Source: an uncultured Bordetella sp. | GTDB taxonomy: Bacteria > Pseudomonadota > Gammaproteobacteria > Burkholderiales > SG8-39 | Direction: 5' to 3' | NCBI GenBank assembly: GCA_964385505.1 | Contig: CAYLPI010000001.1 | Location: 19,902 to 83,901 of the forward strand | Length of the DNA stretch: 64,000 bases | Part shown: positions 41,929 to 49,661 of the stretch, piece by piece | Layout: every line of letters starts with the position of its first letter | Position numbering within the stretch: position 1 is the stretch's first letter | The notes under the pieces: model-generated | What the model was told of the DNA's origin: nothing | The model's database searches: none | Seen by the model: only the letters and a program-made list of their open reading frames with translations | Program-made: the position numbers and the translations under genes

Positions 41929-44247
41929 ATGCCCCCCCTACTCGACAATCTCAACCCTGAACAACTCGCTGCGGTAACCCTGCCCAACCAGTCGGCGCTT
42001 ATCCTCGCCGGTGCCGGATCGGGCAAGACTCGGGTACTGACGACGCGTATCGCCTGGTTGATCCAGACCGGCAACATCAGCCCCAACGGCCTTCTGGCGG
42101 TGACCTTTACCAACAAAGCGGCCAAGGAAATGCTGGTGCGCCTGTCGGCGATGATGCCGATCAACACGCGCGGCATGTGGGTGGGCACCTTTCACGGCCT
42201 GTGCAACCGCATGCTGCGCGCGCATTACCGCGATGCCGGGCTGCCGCAGACTTTCCAGATTCTCGATACGCAGGACCAGTTATCGGCGGTGAAGCGCATT
42301 CTCAAGTCGCTCAATGTCGATGAAGACCGTTTTCCGCCGCGCCAGGTGCAGTGGTTCATCAACGGCGCCAAGGAAGCCGGCGATCGCGCCGACAAGGTTG
42401 AGGTGTCCGACGAATTTTCGCGCCGTGCGGTGGAGTTGTACGCCGCATATGACGCGCAATGCCAGCGCGAAGGCGCGGTCGATTTTCCCGAATTGCTGTT
42501 GCGCTGCTTCGAACTCTTGTCGCGCAACGAAATCCTGCGCCAGCACTACCAGGCGCGCTTTCGCCACATTCTGGTCGATGAGTTCCAGGATACCAACCGG
42601 CTGCAATACCGCTGGCTCAAACTGCTCGCCGGCCACGGCACCACCCGCGCCGGCGGCGGCAACGCGATTTTCGCCGTCGGCGACGACGACCAGTCGATTT
42701 ATGCGTTTCGCGGCGCCAACGTCGGCAACATGGCCGACTTCGAGCACGACTTCAATGTCGGCAACATTATCCGGCTGGAGCAGAATTACCGCTCCCACGG
42801 CCACATTCTCGACGCCGCCAACGCGCTGATTTCGCACAACAGCAAGCGCCTGGGTAAAAACCTGTGGACCGCCGCCGGGCACGGCGAACCGCTGCGGGTC
42901 TATCAGGCGCAGTCCGACGGCTACGAAGCGCACTGGATCGCCGAGGAGGTGCAGTCGCTGGCGCGCGAAGGCATGGCGCGGCGCGACATGGCGGTGCTGT
43001 ACCGTTCCAACGCGCAGTCGCGCATCATCGAACACGCGCTGTTCTCGGCCGGCATTCCCTATCGCGTCTATGGCGGCCTGCGCTTTTTCGAGCGCCTCGA
43101 AATCAAGCACGCCCTCGCCTACCTGCGCCTGCTCGCCACCCCGGAGGACGACGGCGCCTTCTTGCGCGTGGTGAATTTCCCCACGCGCGGCATCGGCGCT
43201 CGCTCGCTCGAATCGCTGCAGGACACGGCCAGGGCGCGCGGCATCCCGCTCTACGCCGCGGTTGCCGCGCTCGAGGGCAAGGCCGGCGCGGTACTGGCCG
43301 CGTTCACCCGTCTCATCGACAATTTGCGCAGCGAAACGCAAGGCCTGTCATTGCCCGAAGTGGTCGAACACATGCTCGAGCGCAGCGGCTTGCGCGCGCA
43401 TTATCAAAAAGAGAAAGACGGCGCCGACCGGGTTGAAAACCTCAACGAACTGGTCAATGCTGCGGCCGGCTTCATGCAGGAAGAGGGTTTATCGTCGATC
43501 ATGGTCGATAGCGTGGTACCGGCGCCAGAAGCAGCCGCAGCAGCGGCCGGTGCTGCGCAATCGGGCTTGGATTTCGACGCGCCCGATCAGGCGCCAGCGG
43601 CCGCGTCCGAAACGCGCGAGCGCATCGACCCGCTGGCGAATTTCCTCGCGCACGCCGCGCTCGAAGCCGGCGAGCACCAGGCCGGCGAAGGCAGCGACGC
43701 GCTGCAATTGATGACCGTGCACTCGGCCAAGGGCCTGGAATTTCACGCCGTGTTCATCAGCGGCCTCGAAGAAGGCCTGTTTCCGCACGAGCAAAGCACC
43801 GCCGCCGATGACGGCCTTGAAGAGGAGCGGCGCCTGATGTACGTGGCCATAACCCGCGCGCGCCAGCGCCTGTACCTGACGCTGGCGCAAACGCGCTTGT
43901 TGCATGGCCAGACGCGCTACAACGTCGCCAGTCGTTTTATCGAAGAAATTCCGCCGGAACTGCTGAAGTGGTTGTCACCGCGCATCGGCTCGGGCATGAG
44001 CGCGCATGACAGTGCCAACGAACTGGCCTGGCCGGCGTCGCCCCCGCGCCAGGCCGTTTTCGCGTCCAATGCGGCCTCCGACGATTCACCCTGGCGCATC
44101 GGCCAGAACGTCGTCCATGCCAAGTTCGGTCAGGGCGTCATCGTCAACGCCGAGGGCCGTGGTGCCGAGGCGCGGGTACAGATCAATTTCGGCCGCCACG
44201 GCATGAAATGGCTGGCGCTCGAATACGCCAATCTCACCGCCGCCTGA
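41929..44247 (+). CDS. uvrD: ATP-dependent DNA helicase UvrD (helicase II family)
   Basis: 772 aa. Walker A AGAGSGKTRVL, VDEFQDTN, TVHSAKGLEF, YVAITRAR. Confidence 0.93.
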   Translation: MPPLLDNLNPEQLAAVTLPNQSALILAGAGSGKTRVLTTRIAWLIQTGNISPNGLLAVTFTNKAAKEMLVRLSAMMPINTRGMWVGTFHGLCNRMLRAHYRDAGLPQTFQILDTQDQLSAVKRILKSLNVDEDRFPPRQVQWFINGAKEAGDRADKVEVSDEFSRRAVELYAAYDAQCQREGAVDFPELLLRCFELLSRNEILRQHYQARFRHILVDEFQDTNRLQYRWLKLLAGHGTTRAGGGNAIFAVGDDDQSIYAFRGANVGNMADFEHDFNVGNIIRLEQNYRSHGHILDAANALISHNSKRLGKNLWTAAGHGEPLRVYQAQSDGYEAHWIAEEVQSLAREGMARRDMAVLYRSNAQSRIIEHALFSAGIPYRVYGGLRFFERLEIKHALAYLRLLATPEDDGAFLRVVNFPTRGIGARSLESLQDTARARGIPLYAAVAALEGKAGAVLAAFTRLIDNLRSETQGLSLPEVVEHMLERSGLRAHYQKEKDGADRVENLNELVNAAAGFMQEEGLSSIMVDSVVPAPEAAAAAAGAAQSGLDFDAPDQAPAAASETRERIDPLANFLAHAALEAGEHQAGEGSDALQLMTVHSAKGLEFHAVFISGLEEGLFPHEQSTAADDGLEEERRLMYVAITRARQRLYLTLAQTRLLHGQTRYNVASRFIEEIPPELLKWLSPRIGSGMSAHDSANELAWPASPPRQAVFASNAASDDSPWRIGQNVVHAKFGQGVIVNAEGRGAEARVQINFGRHGMKWLALEYANLTAA

Positions 44248-44340
44248 GCACCTGCGCGCGCAGCGGCGTGCGCGTAACCCGATAAAATCAGCATGCTAAG
44301 CCCTGAAAAAGCGCACCGGGCGTGGCTTTGCGGCCGATTA

Positions 44341-44360
44341 CCTTGTCCGATCTGACAAGG
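44341..44360. terminator. short hairpin between convergent uvrD and the small ORF
   Basis: CCTTGTC cgatct GACAAGG, 7-bp stem, no clear U-tract. Confidence 0.3.
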
Positions 44361-44373
44361 ATTCGCGACCGGA

Positions 44374-44637
44374 TCAATCCTCGAACAAGCCCATTTGCGT
44401 GACGCCTTGCTCGGTCAGGGTCTCGACCATGCGTTTGGCATCGACGAGGGTCATGGTTTCGCCGGTGCGGTTGCCGGCCTGCCACTGGTAGCGCGTCTCG
44501 CCTTCACCTTTAACTTTACCTTTGCCCGATTGGCGAACATCGCCGAGCTTGTCTTTGCCCAGCCAGTAGCCGTGCGAACTGTAGCCGCGCTCCCACTGCG
44601 CCTTGGCCAGCGCTTTTCTGGAATTTATTTTTGCCAT
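44374..44637 (-). CDS. hypothetical small protein (87 aa)
   Basis: ATG start, G/C-rich third codon positions like neighbouring genes. It fills an otherwise empty spacer. No family recognised. Confidence 0.5.
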   Translation of the reverse strand: MAKINSRKALAKAQWERGYSSHGYWLGKDKLGDVRQSGKGKVKGEGETRYQWQAGNRTGETMTLVDAKRMVETLTEQGVTQMGLFED

Positions 44638-44648
44638 TTCCGTACTCC

Positions 44649-45077
44649 CTACAGGCTCGCACCCTGGGCGACCACCCAGTAGCGGGCAAGACGTCCGGCG
44701 GCCTGGAAAACCAATACTGCAGGCCAGTTCAGTTTAAGCCATCCGGCGGCGACACACAGTGCATCGCCGACCACCGGCAACCAGGCCAGCAACAAGGCCG
44801 GCGCGCCCCACCGGCGCAGGCGCGCGAGCTGCGTCAGCGGTTTTTGCTGCGCGATAAAGCGTCCGATAAGGTAGGAGCTCATGCCCCCCAGGGTGTTGCC
44901 GAGCGTGGCCACGGCGATGGCCGGTACCAACAACTCCGGGTGCAGTTTGAGCACACCGAACAGCACCGCCTCGGACGACAGGGGCACCAGCGTCGCGGCG
45001 ATGAAAGAGGCGGCAAACAGCGACCACAAGCCGGCTTCGGCGGTGAACCATTCGGCGGGAGTGAACCATTCAATCAT
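44649..45077 (-). CDS. YqaA-family (DedA/SNARE-associated-like) inner-membrane protein
   Basis: ORF 44649..45185, trimmed to MIEWFTPAEWF. Hydrophobic 142 aa with LVPLSSEAVLFGVL and LAWLPVVGDALCVAAGW. Confidence 0.7.
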   Translation of the reverse strand: MIEWFTPAEWFTAEAGLWSLFAASFIAATLVPLSSEAVLFGVLKLHPELLVPAIAVATLGNTLGGMSSYLIGRFIAQQKPLTQLARLRRWGAPALLLAWLPVVGDALCVAAGWLKLNWPAVLVFQAAGRLARYWVVAQGASL

Positions 45078-45177
45078 GGCGCGAGAATAGAGGGAAACGG
45101 GCCGCTCGTGTAGAGTAGCCGCCTTGGTATCCGCGTGCGTCCCCATGCTGCGGATGCGGTGCCGCAAAGAAAACACC

Positions 45178-46710
45178 ATGACCATCGATTACCTCGAAAA
45201 AATCCTCACTGCGCGCGTCTATGACGTCGCTGTCGAGACGCCGCTTGATCACGCGCCCAACCTGTCGGCGCGCCTTGGCAACAACATCATGTTGAAGCGA
45301 GAAGACATGCAGCCGGTGTTCTCGTTCAAGCTGCGCGGCGCCTACAACAAGATGGCCTTGCTGCCGACCGCGGTGTTGAAGCGTGGTGTCATCGCGGCAT
45401 CGGCCGGCAACCACGCCCAGGGCGTGGCGCTGGCGGCGCAAAAGCTCGGCTGCCGCGCTTTGATCGTGATGCCGGTGACCACGCCGCGCATCAAGGTCGA
45501 TGCGGTGGCGGGCCGCGGCGCCGAGGTGGTGCTGGTCGGTGATTCATATTCGGACGCCTACGCGCACGCACGCAAGCTCGAACAGCGCAGCAAGCTCACC
45601 TTCGTTCATCCCTACGACGACCCGGATGTCATCGCCGGCCAGGGCACGGTCGGCATGGAAATCCTGCGCCAGACCAGGCGCCCCATCCACGCCATTTTTG
45701 TCGCCATCGGCGGCGGCGGCCTGATCTCGGGCATCGCCTCCTACGTCAAGCGCCTGCAGCCTGGCATCAAGGTGATCGGCGTGCAGCCGGTCGATTCGGA
45801 TGCGATGTCGCGTTCGCTCAAGGCCGGCCGCCGCGTCACGCTCGATCACGTCGGCCTGTTCGCCGACGGCGTTGCGGTCAAGCAGGTCGGGGTCGAGACC
45901 TTTCGCATCTGCCGCGAACTGGTCGATGACATCATTCTCGTCAACACCGACGAGATCTGCGCCGCGATGAAAGACGTGTTCGAGGACACGCGCTCGATAC
46001 TCGAGCCGGCCGGCGCGCTCGCCGTCGCCGGCGCCAAGGTCTATGTCGAAAAAACCGGCGCACGCGGTCTCGACCTTGTGACCATTGCCTGCGGCGCCAA
46101 CACCAATTTCGACCGTCTGCGCTTTGTCGCCGAGCGCGCCGAGGTGGGCGAGCGGCGCGAAGCCATCCTCGCCGTGACCATCCCCGAGCGGCCGGGCAGC
46201 TTCAGGAAATTCTGCGCCACGCTGGGCGCACGCAACATCACCGAGTTCAACTACCGCATCGCCGACCCGAAAGAGGCGCATGTGTTTGTCGGTGTGCAGG
46301 TGCGCGACCATGCCGAGAAGGCGAAGCTGGTGCGCTCGCTGGTCCGCCACGGCCTGAAGACCCTCGATTTTTCCGACAACGAAATGGCCAAGCTGCATGT
46401 CCGCCACCTCGTCGGCGGCCACGCGCCGCAAGCCGCAGGCGGCAAGGGCACGGCAAAAAACGAGTTGCTTTACCGCTTCGAATTCCCGGAACGCCCCGGC
46501 GCACTGATGAACTTTTTGTCCAGCATGCGCAGCGACTGGAACATCAGCCTGTTTCACTATCGCAACCACGGCGCCGACAACGGCCGCGTGCTGGTCGGCA
46601 TGCAAGTGCCCAAAAAAGAAATGCCGCAGTTCAGGAAATTTCTCGACACGCTTGGTTATCCCTTTGTCGATGAAAGTGCCAATCCGGCCTACCGTTTGTT
46701 TCTGGGCTGA
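45178..46710 (+). CDS. ilvA: biosynthetic threonine ammonia-lyase
   Basis: ORF 45124..46710, trimmed to MTIDYLEKILTARVYD. PLP-lysine motif FSFKLRGAYN. Duplicated C-terminal regulatory domains. Confidence 0.93.
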   Translation: MTIDYLEKILTARVYDVAVETPLDHAPNLSARLGNNIMLKREDMQPVFSFKLRGAYNKMALLPTAVLKRGVIAASAGNHAQGVALAAQKLGCRALIVMPVTTPRIKVDAVAGRGAEVVLVGDSYSDAYAHARKLEQRSKLTFVHPYDDPDVIAGQGTVGMEILRQTRRPIHAIFVAIGGGGLISGIASYVKRLQPGIKVIGVQPVDSDAMSRSLKAGRRVTLDHVGLFADGVAVKQVGVETFRICRELVDDIILVNTDEICAAMKDVFEDTRSILEPAGALAVAGAKVYVEKTGARGLDLVTIACGANTNFDRLRFVAERAEVGERREAILAVTIPERPGSFRKFCATLGARNITEFNYRIADPKEAHVFVGVQVRDHAEKAKLVRSLVRHGLKTLDFSDNEMAKLHVRHLVGGHAPQAAGGKGTAKNELLYRFEFPERPGALMNFLSSMRSDWNISLFHYRNHGADNGRVLVGMQVPKKEMPQFRKFLDTLGYPFVDESANPAYRLFLG

Positions 46711-46770
46711 ACGCGGCCGTATCTGCGGCACCGGCTTGATCCATAGGCGCCCCGTGTGTCCCTGAAGACC

Positions 46771-46805
46771 GGCTGGAAAGCCTCGCCCAGCAAGGGTTTC
46801 CAGCC
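46771..46805. repeat. REP-like imperfect hairpin, related to 13690 and 41768
   Basis: GGCTGGAAAGCC tcgcccagcaa GGGTTTCCAGCC. 9 perfect bp plus 2 after one mismatch. Lies 60 nt after the ilvA stop. Confidence 0.45.
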
Positions 46806-46935
46806 GATGCCCCGAATTTTCCTGAGGGCCAGCAGCACAGCCTGGTGCTGCCACACCCATCGCGCCGTCCCCTTGCGGGCATCACAACAACGTAATCCAG
46901 GCGTCATCGCCCTGTCATTTTCAGCGCAGGCCGAT

Positions 46936-46998
46936 CTGACGATTTGCATCGTGCGCCACGGCCAGACCGACTGGAATCGCGAAAGCCGTATCCAGGGC
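46936..46998 (+). pseudogene. N-terminal fragment of a histidine-phosphatase (phosphoglycerate-mutase-like) gene
   Basis: LTICIVRHGQTDWNRESRIQG carries the RHGxTxWN catalytic motif of the family. Similarity is lost after about 21 residues, 18 nt before the convergent GGT stop. No canonical start codon lies just upstream. Confidence 0.45.
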
Positions 46999-47016
46999 GG
47001 CACCCGCGCGTCGTGT

Positions 47017-48576
47017 TTAAAGCCCTCCGGCCGTCGCTTCGCGCCGGTGGTCGGCGTGACCGAGCAGGCTGCCATCGGGCATCTGCTCGATGGCTTTTAC
47101 CGAGCCGAAGAAGTTTGATCCGCTGGCGCGGGTCACCGCATGTCCCTTCGTCGCGAGTTGCGCGACCACGCCGTCTTCGAACGCCGTCTCGATCACCTTG
47201 GCGCCGAAACGGTCTGTGCTCCAGCGCGGCGCGTCGATGGCCTGTGCAAGGTCCCAGCCGCGATCCAGGCGGTTCACCATCACCTGCACGCAGGAAATAG
47301 TCTGGCTGATGCCGCCCGGTGTCGCCATCGCGAGGCGAAGCCGGCCGGCGTCGGTGACCAGAACGGGATTGTGCGTGTGGGCCGGCCGCTTGCCGGGCGC
47401 CACGACGTTGGGGTCCTTAGGGTCGGCGCTGAAACACATCATGCGGTTGTTCAGCAGGATGCCGGTGTCCTGGTCGAGGAACGCGCATCCGAACGGCTGG
47501 AAATTGCTCTGCAGCATGACGATGGCGTCGCCGCTGGCCGCGTCGGCCAGTACAAGGCCCGTCGTGCCGCCGGGAGACGGTGGCGTTACTGTGGGTACAT
47601 GGACATGCAAGGCTGCCTGCAATTGCAGTGTGGCGGCCGCGCCCAGCAGCCCGTCCTGGTCGAACACCCGCGTTCTGGAGTCGAACACGCGCGGTTTGGC
47701 CAGCGCCAGCGCGGCAAACGCTGCGCGCATCTCAAAGTCAAGACAGGTGACCGGGTCGCCCGCCAGTTGCGCCGGGTCAAGGCCGGCCAGTGCGTTGAGT
47801 TGCGCCAGCATCAGCGCGCCATAGGCATTGGGAGGCAGGCCATGCACGGTGAGCCCGCGGTAAGACGTTGAGAGCGGGGTCACCCATTCGGGCCGGAATG
47901 CCACAAGGTCGGTCGTGCTGATCAGTCCGCCGGCGGCTCCGACCGCACGCACCAGCGCCTGTGCGACTGCGCCCTGGTAAAACCCCGCGGCGCCGTGTGC
48001 GGCAATCGTGCCCAGCGTGCGCGCGAGTGCCGGCTGCTTTAGCATTGCGCCCGCCGCGAGGGGCTGGCCGTCCGCTACATAGATTGCGCTGCAGCCCGGG
48101 TCGGCGCGAACGGTGGACAACTCGGCGTCCAGATTGCGCAGCAATACCACCGAGGCCGTATGGGCTTGCGCGGCCGCGATGGCCGGTTCGATGAGGCGGG
48201 ACCAGGGTAGCCTGCCATGACGCTCGTGCAGGGCTCCCCACATGCGCGGCAGGCCGGGCACGACTGCGGCGATGGCGCCCTTGGCCGGAATGCCGCCGGC
48301 AAAGCGCGCGGCATCGGCGGTACCCGGTGCCGGTCCCGAGCCGTTCAAGCCCTCGATGCGGCCGCCGACTTGTCCGCCAAAACGCAGCAGTACAAACCCG
48401 TCGCCACCGACCGAATTGGCGTGGGTTGCGACGACCGAGAGCAGCGCCGATGCGCAGACCGCGGCGTCGGCCAGGCTGCCGCCCTGTGCCAGGACGTCCA
48501 GCGCGGAATCGGTGGCCAGAGGGTGGCCGCTGACCACCATGAAGCGCTCCGCGTGGACGGTCCGCTGGCGAGGCAT
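47017..48576 (-). CDS. gamma-glutamyltransferase-family protein
   Basis: 519 aa, FMVVSGHPLATDSALDVLAQGG. Candidate autoprocessing Thr in PGGTTGLVLAD. No signal peptide seen. Confidence 0.85.
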   Translation of the reverse strand: MPRQRTVHAERFMVVSGHPLATDSALDVLAQGGSLADAAVCASALLSVVATHANSVGGDGFVLLRFGGQVGGRIEGLNGSGPAPGTADAARFAGGIPAKGAIAAVVPGLPRMWGALHERHGRLPWSRLIEPAIAAAQAHTASVVLLRNLDAELSTVRADPGCSAIYVADGQPLAAGAMLKQPALARTLGTIAAHGAAGFYQGAVAQALVRAVGAAGGLISTTDLVAFRPEWVTPLSTSYRGLTVHGLPPNAYGALMLAQLNALAGLDPAQLAGDPVTCLDFEMRAAFAALALAKPRVFDSRTRVFDQDGLLGAAATLQLQAALHVHVPTVTPPSPGGTTGLVLADAASGDAIVMLQSNFQPFGCAFLDQDTGILLNNRMMCFSADPKDPNVVAPGKRPAHTHNPVLVTDAGRLRLAMATPGGISQTISCVQVMVNRLDRGWDLAQAIDAPRWSTDRFGAKVIETAFEDGVVAQLATKGHAVTRASGSNFFGSVKAIEQMPDGSLLGHADHRREATAGGL

Positions 48577-48579
48577 CGC

Positions 48580-49536
48580 TCAGGCCTCGCCAGTACGCGG
48601 CTGTCGCGGACGGCGCTCGACCGGCTCGAACTCCTTGGCGACTTCGCGGATTGCCTGGCGCAAAAAACGGTGGCCCGGATCGCGATGGGTGCGCTCGTGC
48701 CAGATCATCAGGATGTTCGGGTCGGCCAGTGCCAGCGGCGGTTTGAGCAACTGCAGCGACAGCATGCTCGCCAGCTCGCGGACGATACGCTCGGGCACGG
48801 TTGCGATCAGATCGGTGCCCGCAACCACGGCGCTCGACACCAACAGATCCGGTGTCCGCACGCCAACAATGCGGCTGCGCCGGCGGCGCTTGAGCGCCCG
48901 CTCGACACTCACCTCGATCGTTGAAACCGGTGAGGAGCCGGCGCCCAGCACCACGTGCGGAATGCTCAGGTAGTCCTCAAAGCTGATCTTGCCGCGAATG
49001 CGCGGATGTCCGCGCCTGGCGATGCAGGCAAGGCGCAGCCGGAACAGCGGTTGTGCGTGCAGCCCGGAGGAGACGCTGGGCGGGTAGCCAAGCACCATGT
49101 CGCATTCGTTGGCCTCGAGCATTTCGTGGGTCCGCCGCACGTCCGCAGGCTGCATCATCAGACGAACCCCCGGCGCGCGGTCCTCGAGGTGGCGCACCAG
49201 CCTGGGCAGCATCGAAAAAGCCAGCGAAGAGAGCGCGACGATGCGAAAGTCCATCGTGGTGCTCCCCGGCTCGAAGCGCTCGTGCCCGGATAGCGCATCC
49301 TCAATCAGGCGCAGCGCTTCGCGCGCCTGCGCTGCGGCGTGCAGCGCCCGCGGCGTCGGCGTCATGCCCTGGCGGGTGCGAACGAGCAGCGGGTCGCCGA
49401 AAACCAGCCGCAGCCGCGCCAGCACCTCGCTCATCGCCGGCTGGCCGATGCCGATGCGGCTTGCGGCACGGGACACGTGGGCTTCTGTCACCAGCGCGTC
49501 GAGGCAGGCGAGCATGTGCACATCAAGGGACTTCAT
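48580..49536 (-). CDS. LysR-family transcriptional regulator
   Basis: ORF 48580..49578, trimmed to MKSLDVHMLACLDALVTEAHVSRAASRIGIGQPAMSEVLARLR (wHTH). Confidence 0.88.
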   Translation of the reverse strand: MKSLDVHMLACLDALVTEAHVSRAASRIGIGQPAMSEVLARLRLVFGDPLLVRTRQGMTPTPRALHAAAQAREALRLIEDALSGHERFEPGSTTMDFRIVALSSLAFSMLPRLVRHLEDRAPGVRLMMQPADVRRTHEMLEANECDMVLGYPPSVSSGLHAQPLFRLRLACIARRGHPRIRGKISFEDYLSIPHVVLGAGSSPVSTIEVSVERALKRRRRSRIVGVRTPDLLVSSAVVAGTDLIATVPERIVRELASMLSLQLLKPPLALADPNILMIWHERTHRDPGHRFLRQAIREVAKEFEPVERRPRQPRTGEA

Positions 49537-49616
49537 CCGCCTATTGTAGCCACACGGAGGCGACATCGCCGACATCAACCCAGTCGATATTGCTTATCGT
49601 CCATGGCATATAGACC

Positions 49617-49637
49617 TTACGTGCCGCAGCGGCGTAA
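49617..49637. promoter_or_regulatory. candidate LysR-type operator (T-N11-A dyad)
   Basis: TTACG tgccgcagcgg CGTAA in the 125-bp divergent spacer between the LysR gene and the Mo-enzyme operon. Confidence 0.35.
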
Positions 49638-49661
49638 AGTGCTTGCTTTAAGGAACAATTG

